Positions 1 to 8,127 of a DNA stretch of 13,070 nt are shown one piece after another; positions within the stretch are counted from its first letter, which is position 1, and each line of letters opens with the position of its first letter. Both the position numbers and the translations under genes were made by a program. The stretch comes from an uncultured archaeon. GTDB lineage: Archaea > Micrarchaeota > Micrarchaeia > Micrarchaeales > CABMGC01. The DNA lies in the NCBI GenBank assembly GCA_963787445.1, contig CAWBCT010000015.1, positions 1 through 13,070 of the forward strand, written 5' to 3'. The notes beneath the pieces are model-generated. The model worked only from the letters and a program-made list of their open reading frames with translations. It ran no database searches and was not told the origin of the DNA.

Positions 1-2
1 AG

Positions 3-80
3 TTGAACAGCATCATAAGCACCGGGAACTACACCACATACTTCACGAATGGAACCGCAGTTCTTTACAAAGCTAAGTGA
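3..80 (+). CDS. 3' end of a gene entering from upstream; probably a membrane or secreted glycoprotein (partial)
   Basis: My translation of frame 3 gives LNSIISTGNYTTYFTNGTAVLYKAK* with TGA at 78-80. It has two N-x-T sequons (NYT, NGT) and is followed by a T-rich tract. It is not in the ORF track because it is truncated. Confidence 0.6.
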   Translation: MNSIISTGNYTTYFTNGTAVLYKAK

Positions 81-108
81 CTTTACTTATTTGCTTGTGC
101 AGTTTTTT
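81..108 (+). terminator. possible archaeal oligo-T terminator region between convergent genes
   Basis: T-rich stretch ctttacttatttgcttgtgcagtttttt directly after the TGA at 80. Confidence 0.3.
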
Positions 109-502
109 AAATTAATCCTCTAAACAACTTCCTTATTGGACCAATTCTTTCCGTTTTGGTTTGGTTGTCACTTGTATATACCACAACCTTCACAAACGCA
201 ACATCGATGTCGGGTTTGTCGCTGATGAGTAGAGCAGATCTTGGGCTAACCATCATGGACAGAGCATCTCCTTCGTTATTGCCTACTTTAAACCATCTCC
301 CCACAATTGAATTGAATTGGTTAGGATTTTCATTAAATGCTGCTTCGATTTCTGATTTAGTTAGCAATCTACCCCCTCGGGACTCTGCAAACTCATTTGA
401 CTGCTTAAAATCTATGTGCATTCCGCGGGGCAACTCCCCTATTTCTATCTTTAATGCCCCAGAACTACTAATTTCTCTTCGAGCAATTGTTTTAGTTACC
501 AT
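107..502 (-). CDS. hypothetical protein (131 aa) with a possible C-type-lectin/FGE-sulfatase-like motif
   Basis: ATG-initiated ORF with an AT-rich upstream region, converging on the gene ending at 80. FAESRGGRLLTKSEIEAA resembles the GxRLPTxxE motif. The ORF is visibly AT-richer than the rest of the window. Confidence 0.65.
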   Translation of the reverse strand: MVTKTIARREISSSGALKIEIGELPRGMHIDFKQSNEFAESRGGRLLTKSEIEAAFNENPNQFNSIVGRWFKVGNNEGDALSMMVSPRSALLISDKPDIDVAFVKVVVYTSDNQTKTERIGPIRKLFRGLI

Positions 503-653
503 ATTACCACTAAATATTATTTATGGGTTTTATGATATATATGCTTAATCTTTAGGTTGTACTTTAGTACGTATTTGATGTCTTTTTCTTACAAATCCGG
601 TCTGTTTTTAACGCTTAAATATCTGAAAAACGATAATTTAATACAGATATTAA
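503..653. promoter_or_regulatory. AT-rich divergent promoter region
   Basis: Non-coding AT-rich spacer between divergent starts at 502 and 654. It contains TATA-like elements (ttaaata at 615-621; tatatat near 536-542) and the 8-bp inverted repeat aatatctg (618-625) / cagatatt (644-651). Confidence 0.5.
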
Positions 654-1340
654 ATGGCAACTGTGGCACGCAGTAAGAGCATAATCATCGGCCCTGACGA
701 AGGGGTAAACTTCGATGGCAGACAGACGCCAAGCGGAAGGCTGGCCGTGGAGAAGGCCGTAGAGGTCTACCGGAAGGGAAGAGGCGAGGTCATACTCTTC
801 TCGGGTTTTGGAAACCAGCATGCTTTGGACAGGGTCAAGGTAACAGGTGCCATGGCATCAAAGCAGTACGCGATAGAGCTAGGGGTGAGACCAGAGGTCA
901 TATGGACTGATGAGCAGGGGAAAGACGCTCTGGGCGAGGCATATTTCTGCAAGCAGGTCGTTGCGCCTATGGGTTTCCGGAAGATCACACTGGTTGCCGG
1001 GCCGTGGCATATGGAGAGGACCGCCTACGTATTTGAGATGGCTTTCGGTTCAGGTTACGATATAACGCAGGTGACATCGGACCGGAACGGCTTCCGGGAG
1101 TCAGAGATTGCAGACTTGTTTAAGGCAGAGAAGGTCTCTTTGGAGCTGTTAAAATCTTACTTTAGGGAGTTTGAAGTACAGCCTGGGGACGAGGCGGGAA
1201 TCAGAAAGGTATTCGAGAGGAAATATAAGATATACACGCCAAACCCGCAGCTCACAGAGGAGCAACAGAAGATGATCGCGGAGTTGGGGCCGTTAAGAAG
1301 GAGGGTGCCTTTGGTGAGGGAAAGTTCAGCTAGCTGGTAA
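654..1340 (+). CDS. YdcF/SanA/ElyC-like DUF218 family protein
   Basis: The motif order is typical of DUF218: R..EKAVEVY, ILFSG, YAIELGV.PE.I.TDEQG, then ITLVAGPWHMERT (equivalent to VTSxxHxxR). Confidence 0.85.
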   Translation: MATVARSKSIIIGPDEGVNFDGRQTPSGRLAVEKAVEVYRKGRGEVILFSGFGNQHALDRVKVTGAMASKQYAIELGVRPEVIWTDEQGKDALGEAYFCKQVVAPMGFRKITLVAGPWHMERTAYVFEMAFGSGYDITQVTSDRNGFRESEIADLFKAEKVSLELLKSYFREFEVQPGDEAGIRKVFERKYKIYTPNPQLTEEQQKMIAELGPLRRRVPLVRESSASW

Positions 1341-1361
1341 GGCTAGTGCAGCTAATTTTGA

Positions 1362-2345
1362 TTAAAGCATCAGGACCTTCATGAAGTTCTTCACGTCGAA
1401 GAGCTGCACATTGTCATTGCATGCGCTGATAAACTCCGGCTCCTTGCCAGGGTTTACCGACTCAAGCTGCCGTAGATCGTAGGCACCATTGTTCTGGCGT
1501 ATGTTGGCGCCTAGGAAGTTCCAGTCTATCGCAGGATAGATGTTCCCGAAGTTGTCTAGAAACAGGACGCGCTTGAACGGCTTGTCCTCAAAGGCGCGCT
1601 TGCCCGTTTTTATGAAGTGCCTTAGCATCTTGAAGTACATCACCTGTGCGATGTCCAGGGCGTTTGTTGCCGGGCCCCTGCGCTTGGTGTACTCGCTAAG
1701 CTCGGTGAGCGAGAGCTCCTTGTCCGGCGCGAGGTTCGTCTGTTCATTGTAGTAATAGATGTCCGAGTTCTGGAACAGGTTTATGTGGAAGCGCTTGTAA
1801 TCGATGAACGGCAGAACCTTCTTGGCCTCCTCGATGGTCTCGATCAGGTGGCCCTGGTTCGTCTTGGTCATGGTGTAGCCGAACATGAAGTGGAAGTTCT
1901 TGTATTTCGCCTCCATCTCGCGGAACGCAGCGCCGAGCTCTGTCGCGCGCTTGAAGTGGTCCGGGATGCCGCGCTGGATTGCGTCGATTGCGGGCGGGCC
2001 GTCGAGGCTGATGGTAACATAAGTGTAAGGGATCTTCAGCTGGGCTATTTCGTCAAACTTCCTTAGGTACAGCTCCTTGCCCATCAGGCTGTTTATCGTG
2101 GTGTTGTAGTACTTGATCTTGTTGTACTTCTGGAATATCTTCAGTATCTCTACGTGGTCAGACCTTAGGAACGGCTCGCCTCCGGAGAGGTCTATCCAGT
2201 TGAACTGCCCTGCGTTAGCCTTGGCAAAGTTCTCAATCTCCTCCAGCGTAAGCTCGTTCTGTGGGCGAAGCTGCCAGATGTTGCAGTGAGTGCACCGACT
2301 CTGGCACTTCTGGGTTATGCTGAACACTATCTTCTTCTTTGGCAT
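1362..2345 (-). CDS. radical SAM protein with a degenerate SPASM/Twitch-like C-terminus
   Basis: CQSRCTHC (CxxxCxxC), SGGEPF and ISLDG motifs are present. I moved the start to the ATG at 2345 (MPKKK) because a GGGAGGG RBS lies about 8 nt upstream. Confidence 0.9.
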   Translation of the reverse strand: MPKKKIVFSITQKCQSRCTHCNIWQLRPQNELTLEEIENFAKANAGQFNWIDLSGGEPFLRSDHVEILKIFQKYNKIKYYNTTINSLMGKELYLRKFDEIAQLKIPYTYVTISLDGPPAIDAIQRGIPDHFKRATELGAAFREMEAKYKNFHFMFGYTMTKTNQGHLIETIEEAKKVLPFIDYKRFHINLFQNSDIYYYNEQTNLAPDKELSLTELSEYTKRRGPATNALDIAQVMYFKMLRHFIKTGKRAFEDKPFKRVLFLDNFGNIYPAIDWNFLGANIRQNNGAYDLRQLESVNPGKEPEFISACNDNVQLFDVKNFMKVLML

Positions 2346-2380
2346 GCTTGATTCCCTCCCACTAATAATCACTATTCTGG

Positions 2381-2430
2381 TTTATAAAGCTTTCAGGAGG
2401 CCCGGTTTAGGGCATTAGAAACAATTATAT
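2381..2430. promoter_or_regulatory. divergent archaeal-type TATA boxes
   Basis: Palindromic TTTATAAA at 2381-2388 lies about 36 nt upstream of the radical SAM start. GAAACAATTATAT at 2418-2430 (BRE-like purines plus TATA) lies upstream of the GT4 start at 2473. Confidence 0.5.
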
Positions 2431-2472
2431 TGGTACTAAGCAAGATTAAGACAAATAGGTAGAAGCGGTTTT

Positions 2473-3489
2473 ATGAAAGTTATCCAGATCGGCATCCAGC
2501 ACGGGAGATACGACAAAAACCTGTATGAGAACACAAAGGACAACGATCAGGGCATCTCCATATCGCGTATCTCGATGGGGCGTTCATCGGCACTCGGCGG
2601 GGCGCTTCCCCTGACCTTCAGGACGTTGCTTAGGAGGTTCGGAGAGTATGACATAGTGCACAACCTTTCCGGGTACCCTTTTTTCCCTCTGAAAACAGGG
2701 CCGGTCTTTGCCTCAACTGCGCATGAGATGCAAGTGGTCCTGTACCCAGAGCTTACACCGTTGCTTACAAAGTCCTTCAAGGACCTCCTGTGGAACAAAC
2801 TGATAGTCGACATCGGGCTCCACACGCAGCTTGCGTGCGATTACATATTCGCGAACTCGCAGCTCACTGGTGAAGGTCTCGTGAAGGCGGGCTTTCCCAG
2901 ATCCAGAATATTCGTGACGCCGCTTGGGGTCGACAGGAGGTTCATGACACCGGTGAAAAAACACAAAGAAGGTAGGACATTTACAGTTGGTTCGTTGGGA
3001 GGCCTTAGCGTGCAGAAGAACGCGGCACTTGCCATAGCAGGCTTCAGGAAAGTGGAGGATCGCAACATAAGGATGGAAGTGTGGGGGAGGAACTACTACG
3101 GCGATGCCCTGGATGGGATGGTCGGCGATTCCCCGCAGATAAAGGTCATGGGTCCGGCACCTGAAGAGAGGCTTGTCAGCATCTACGACTCATTCGACGC
3201 GTTCATGTTTACTACGAGGTTTGACGGCTTTGGGCTGCCGATACTTGAAGCGAAGGCGCGCGGGCTTCCCGTGATAGTCTGGAAGCATGGGCATCTCTCA
3301 CCCGAAGTAAAGCGATACTGCATCGAGGCTGAGGACGAAGAGCACATTGCACAGATAATAGAGGAGTTGAAGCAGAACGGCTACAACGAGAAGCAGAGAA
3401 AGAAGGCCATGGATGACGCAAGGAGCTTTACCTGGGAAAGAATGGCAGACCAGACGCTTAGGGCATACAAAAAGATGTACAGCGCGTGA
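2473..3489 (+). CDS. glycosyltransferase family 4 (GT-B fold)
   Basis: Contains DIVH, TAHE, FANS..T, PLGVD, FDGFGLPILEAKARGLPVI (GT4 E-x7-E signature with D as the first acid) and the C-terminal FTWERMA motif. Confidence 0.93.
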   Translation: MKVIQIGIQHGRYDKNLYENTKDNDQGISISRISMGRSSALGGALPLTFRTLLRRFGEYDIVHNLSGYPFFPLKTGPVFASTAHEMQVVLYPELTPLLTKSFKDLLWNKLIVDIGLHTQLACDYIFANSQLTGEGLVKAGFPRSRIFVTPLGVDRRFMTPVKKHKEGRTFTVGSLGGLSVQKNAALAIAGFRKVEDRNIRMEVWGRNYYGDALDGMVGDSPQIKVMGPAPEERLVSIYDSFDAFMFTTRFDGFGLPILEAKARGLPVIVWKHGHLSPEVKRYCIEAEDEEHIAQIIEELKQNGYNEKQRKKAMDDARSFTWERMADQTLRAYKKMYSA

Positions 3490-4212
3490 TTACTTTTGCC
3501 TTTCAGCATAGATGAAGCCGTGCTTGTCGTACGCCTTCATTACTTCCTTCCTGACGCTGAAGCCCTTTGAGCGAAGAGTCTTCTCGACTATCTCGGCGCA
3601 ATTTGGCACCTCGCCGTGATATTCTATTTGAAGCAGGTATACCTCGCTAAGGTCTGCATTATTGAAGATGTAGGACTCGGCACCCTCGCAATCCGCCTTT
3701 ATTGCGACCCTCTTCTTTCCTTTTAGAACCTCATTCAGAGGTATTACGGATACGCCCTTACCCTCCTTTATTTCTAATGGCGAAGTCCATGGGGTGCCTT
3801 GCGATTTCTCAGACACTGAGATCTCACCCTGCTTGTCCGAGATGGCGCTGTTAAAGAGCACTATCTTGTCGCCGTATGGGGAGAGCGCTATGTTCTTCTT
3901 CGCCTCCTGGTAGGTTGTGGTCATCATCTCGTAGGCATAGATCTTGTGCACGTTATCTGATGCCCCGAAGTATATTGCAGTGTCCCCAACATAGGCGCCT
4001 ATGTCTATGATGGTTGTTCCGGGCTGAAGTTTTTTGTACATCCATAGGTACTGCTGCTCTATGAACACCTCTTTGAAGACAGAGTAGTCCAGGTAGTTTC
4101 TCCTGTATCCCAGGACCGTGAAGAACTGCTCCGTTATCATGTGGGGTATCGCCAGTGTTATGAAGTTGTATATGTTCTCAGCGTGCAGTTTGTCCTTCAA
4201 AGGCCTCGTCAT
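3490..4212 (-). CDS. FkbM family SAM-dependent methyltransferase
   Basis: Contains IIDIGAYVGD, IYAYE, AIS, IKADCEGAE and QIEYH. It has an ATGA overlap with the upstream acetyltransferase. Confidence 0.9.
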   Translation of the reverse strand: MTRPLKDKLHAENIYNFITLAIPHMITEQFFTVLGYRRNYLDYSVFKEVFIEQQYLWMYKKLQPGTTIIDIGAYVGDTAIYFGASDNVHKIYAYEMMTTTYQEAKKNIALSPYGDKIVLFNSAISDKQGEISVSEKSQGTPWTSPLEIKEGKGVSVIPLNEVLKGKKRVAIKADCEGAESYIFNNADLSEVYLLQIEYHGEVPNCAEIVEKTLRSKGFSVRKEVMKAYDKHGFIYAERQK

Positions 4213-4853
4213 TTCTTCACCAGTTTAGAGATCTTCCTTATGCTTTCGTTTATGTCATCGCCGTAGAATAACTCCATGTTTGCGTCTATCACCGACTTGG
4301 GCAGATTCCACCACTTCAGCTTCTTCAACGCATCCCTTGTCTTCTTGTCGAACCTGAAGTAAAGCAGCTTTGCGGGTGATCCGCCGTATACCCCGTAGTC
4401 CTCAAGCTTCTGCTTTGAGGTGACCAGGCTCTTCGCGCCCAGCACTACGCCGTCCCCTATGGTGCACCCTCCCAAGAGCATGACATCGCTGCCGATCCAG
4501 CAGTCGTTGCCTATGCTTATGTCGCCGACCACAAAAGATTGATCCGGCGAGAAGTTTACGGAGATCTCGCGGAACGGGTAGGTGGAGATTGAATCGGCCC
4601 TGTGTCCTGAAGACATCATTATGTCGAGCCGGTGGCCTATGCTCGTGTACTTTCCGATCTTCAGGGTCTGTCCCTTGTTCGCCACAACGCTTATTATGCC
4701 CGAATAGGTTCCCTCTCCAACCAGGACCCTGCATCTGGGCTTGTCCGAGAAGTACACGTAGGGCCAGCTGCCGTAGCGCACCTTGTAGCTCAGCGATTCT
4801 GAGAGTATGTGGGCTCTTCGCCTTACCGCGTCAAGGAGTTCTCTGTCGCTCAT
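4209..4853 (-). CDS. CatB/Vat-like hexapeptide-repeat (LbH) O-acetyltransferase
   Basis: Contains LKIGKYTSIG, H....ISTYPF, GDISIGNDCWIG, IGDGVVLGAKSLV, GGSPAK...RF and LKWWN, the motifs of the xenobiotic acyltransferase subfamily. Confidence 0.9.
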   Translation of the reverse strand: MSDRELLDAVRRRAHILSESLSYKVRYGSWPYVYFSDKPRCRVLVGEGTYSGIISVVANKGQTLKIGKYTSIGHRLDIMMSSGHRADSISTYPFREISVNFSPDQSFVVGDISIGNDCWIGSDVMLLGGCTIGDGVVLGAKSLVTSKQKLEDYGVYGGSPAKLLYFRFDKKTRDALKKLKWWNLPKSVIDANMELFYGDDINESIRKISKLVKK

Positions 4854-4877
4854 CTTATCAGGTATGAAGTAATCGTT

Positions 4878-5820
4878 TTATTGCTTTATATGGCTTTCAG
4901 TCGGCTTCAGCAGATGCCCAGACCGGCGTGACTTCTTGAACTTGTAATCGAAGAGTATCCTGCTCAGAAGCCCGCGCGCGTCCCCCGCCTCGCTCAGGCC
5001 GCCGAAGCTTCCGCTGATCTTCGAGCCTATCTTGAACTCTACGTACTTGCTAAGCGCCTCTGTGAGCATCAGTGAGAGCCAGGCGTCTTCGGCACAATTT
5101 ATGAATATCTCATCGTATATTTTGCCCTTGGCGAAGGTGCTGGCGATGAACTTCCCGGACAGCACGAAGAAGTCCTCGGTACCGATGAACCTCTTTTCAT
5201 TCTTCATGAACAGGAGAATGGCGTGGGGCTTGAACGGCCCATACAGAAGCACGTAGTCGACGCCGAACCTGCAGAGCGTTTCGTAGACTTTCTTCTTGAA
5301 CGGACCCTCAAGAGTGTGAGGTGCTTAAGAAGCTGGGCATAATCTTAATCAGATGTATGTAATGGCAGTGGTGTTGCTCCGGCTCCGGGTTAATCCAGAC
5401 AACATCGACCTTGTCTTCTTCGGTCTTTAGCAGTTCGTCCTTGAGGATCTTGGGGTCGTCTATCTGATACATGTCATCATTCGCCACTATTATCCACTTT
5501 GGCGAGTGGCGGTTGGCGGCGGCGACGCCCAGGTTCGTCTATGCGCATAGTTGAATAGCGGATCGCGGCCGCTCTCGACCATCACGATATGGAATCCGGC
5601 AAAGATCTCCTGAAGTTCTTGGCGTGCTCCCCGTTCCGGTCTATTACCCAGTACCACGGCTATGATGCTCTTGTCGCCCTCGAACTCTACTACCTTTAGG
5701 TTCATTGTGGGGTCTATCTTCTGGAACTCAATGAGCTCCTCGGTGGTTTTGAACTTGGAGTAGAAGGTGAATATGTCCTTCAGGGTCCTTGCTGGTGTGC
5801 GATTCCTCGTTTTCATCCAT
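4878..5820 (-). pseudogene. frameshifted GT-A/GT2-like putative glycosyltransferase (frameshifts may be sequencing errors)
   Basis: Joining frames gives ...EGDKSIIAVV..IDRNGEHAKNFREIFAGFHIVMVESGRDPLFNYAH.TNLGVAAANRHSPKWIIVANDDMYQIDDPKILKDELL...IYDEIFINCAEDAWLSL..., with an NDD (DxD-like) motif and an ED motif. Breaks lie near 5645, 5610, 5539, 5340-5305 and probably about 5785. The start is at ATG 5820 or 5816. The similarity to a Thermoplasmatales/Sulfolobales family is from memory. Confidence 0.7.
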
Positions 5821-6964
5821 TACATCATCTGCCCTTGCTGCTTTCTTGTAAGATTTCAGTGTCTCCTTCACCACGTTCTCCCAGGTGAACCCGCAGCACG
5901 ATCTCAAGCCCTTCTTTCTGAGCGGCTCGGCAGCTTCTTCTTGTCTTTCGACAGCTCGTAGACCTTCTTCGCCCACTCCTTCGAGTCTGTGGGTTTGTCA
6001 ACCAGCAACGCGGCCCCGCCTGCAGCCTCAGGGGGGAACGAGGATGCCCTGGAGGTTATTACAGGTGTGCCACAGGCCATCGCCTCTATTATCGGGAACC
6101 CGAGGCCTTCGTATATAGAGGAGGGATCAACTGAAAGAAGGGCACAGCCGTAGAGAAGCTGGAGGTCCTTGCCGTACACCCAGGTAAGTCCGATAACGTC
6201 CTTTCCTTCCTCAAGCTTCAGCTCCTGAGCCTGGGCGCCAGCTTGACCATGTCGATGCGCGTCAATACCAATGGCATTGTGGAGTTGTACTTGTGTTTTA
6301 GTATGGACCACGCGCGCAGCATCGTGTCGGTGTTCTTGTTGGAGGCCATTCCTCCGCCAACATATATGACGTAGTCCGATGGTCCGAGCTTGTATCTCTT
6401 CCTTACGTACGCAGGACCTGTGCGTCTGTCCTTGGCGTTAAGCGGGTGGAGGCCTTTTTCGACCCCAAAGTATGTGACGTCGATGCGGTTCAGCGGGAAG
6501 CCGTACTTCTCGTGGACCTCGTGGCGGTGCGTGTCGGATACGGAGATTATGCGGTCTGCAAAGCGGGCAGCGGTCCTATAGTTCAACAGCCAGTAGGCGG
6601 TCTCCTTCAGAGAGAAGTTGAAGTACTCCGAGTGGAGGCCGTGGAAGGTTAAGACCAGGGCCACCTTGCGCAGTGACTTCGGCACCAGCGGCAGCGTGTA
6701 GGCCATGGAATGGTACACGTCTATCTTGTCCCGGTCCAGCAGGTCGGTAAACAGCTTGGTTCGCCAAAGGGGATAGGAAAGGTTTACCTTTCGCACCGTA
6801 TAGTTGCCGGTGAAATTCAGCTTCGGGACCTGGTTCTTGTTCACGTATATGACGTACTCGTTCTCCTTGTCATTTTTTAGCAGATGCTCAGTGAGCTCGA
6901 AGGAGTACTTGACTATGCCGCTGCCCGGCTTGAAGAAGATTTTGCCGTATAGGCCAATTTTCAT
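5820..6964 (-). pseudogene. frameshifted glycosyltransferase family 4 (frameshifts may be sequencing errors)
   Basis: MKIGLYG start at 6964, then G..KYSFEL, DVYH, LTFHG, ADRIISVS, YVGG..SNKN. After a shift at about 6225 it reads PSSIYEGLGFPIIEAMACGTPVITS, and after about 5925 it reads FTWENVVKETLKSY. The exact stop is uncertain (about 5820-5827). Confidence 0.88.
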
Positions 6965-7144
6965 CTTATTCACATTCAACAAAGTGCGCAGAAAGGCGAG
7001 TGCGCCATAATCAAATAATAAGTATGAGGCAGTATTTATTAATTACTTCGCAATACCCGCAGTTCCGACGACTATGGTGGTTAAGTTTGTGTATAAAAAA
7101 GGTTTAGTTGCTAGTTATTATCATAAAAGTGTTGGACGATTCAA
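6965..7144. promoter_or_regulatory. divergent promoter region between the GT4 operon and rfbB
   Basis: AT-rich intergenic spacer with TATA-like tatttattaatta (7033-7045) and tataaaaaa (7092-7100). Confidence 0.4.
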
Positions 7145-8127
7145 ATGAACCTTCTTGTTACTGGCGGACTTGGATTCATAGGCTCCAATTTCATACAATA
7201 CTGGTCAGAAAAGCACCGCAGGGACACCATAGTAAATCTGGACAAGGTGACCTATGCCGCAAACTTCAGGAACCTGGACGGTCTTGGGCTGGATTGACTA
7301 CTCGTTTGTGAAGGGAGACATCTGCGACCAGAGAGTGGTGGACAGGCTGGTCAGGAACTCGGACGCGGTGGTAAACTTTGCAGCGGAGACGCATGTGGAC
7401 AACTCGATTGCTAATCAGGGGCCGTTCATAAGTCAAACATTGTGGGTGTGTACAAAATACTACCTCGGTCAAAAAACACGGGACCAGGTTCCACCAGGTC
7501 TCCACCGACGAGGTGTACGGCTCTTTGGAGCTGAATTCAAAGAAAAAGTTCACAGAAAACTCCAGGTATGACCCTCGAAATCCGTACTCGGCTACGAAAG
7601 CGGCGGCGACGACCTGATTAATGCCTACTACAACACGTACAAGGTGCCGGTCTCGATATCCAACTGCAGCAACAACTACGGGCCGCGGAGTCACCGGAGA
7701 GTTCATACCGAAAGCCATCACAAATGCATTGAAAGATGAGAAGATACCGGTTTACGGGGACGGGAAACAGGTGAGGGACTGGATTTACGCCGCCGACCAC
7801 TGCAGTGCCATAGACCTAATTCTAAAGAAGGGAGAGCTCGGCGAGACCTACCTTGTGTCAGCCGGGCAGGAGAGGCGCAACATTGACGTTGTTTTAATGA
7901 TACTTAGGGAGCTGGGAAAGGGAAGGGACCTGGTCAAGTTTGTGAAGGACCGGCCTGGCCATGACCTGCGGTACGCTCTTGACGCAGGAAAGCTGAGGAG
8001 GGAGCTCGGATGGAGGTCCAGCGTCTCTTTTGAGAAGGGGCTTAAGCTGACTATAGATTATTACAGGGAATTGGGCAGCACAGGCGCGCAGACGGTAATC
8101 AGGAGTTCGCTATTACCTCGCAGGTAA
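7145..8127 (+). pseudogene. rfbB: dTDP-glucose 4,6-dehydratase (RmlB/RfbB), multiply frameshifted (likely sequencing errors)
   Basis: From ATG 7145: MNLLVTGGLGFIGSNF...NLDKVTYAAN. Other frames carry FVKGDICD, NFAAETHVDNSI, FHQVSTDEVYGS, PRNPYSATKA, NCSNNYGP, PVYGDGKQVRDWIY and DRPGHDLRYALD. Shifts lie near 7295, 7431, 7463, 7608 and 7690-7700, and probably 8070, which would move the stop to TAA 8096-8098. Confidence 0.93.

Noticed and set aside
156-548. 130-aa plus-strand ORF
   Set aside because: It is the antisense shadow of the 107-502 gene, Ser/Leu-rich, with no motifs.
1327-1336. Perfect 10-bp palindrome cagctagctg near the DUF218 stop
   Set aside because: It has no loop or U-tract, and several such palindromes are expected by chance in 13 kb.
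2346-2372. Upstream GTG start for the radical SAM gene
   Set aside because: The RBS and TATA spacing fit the ATG at 2345 better.
4209-4853. Antibiotic-resistance gene call (vat/catB)
   Set aside because: The context is a glycan operon with no mobile-element signature, and family motifs do not define the substrate.
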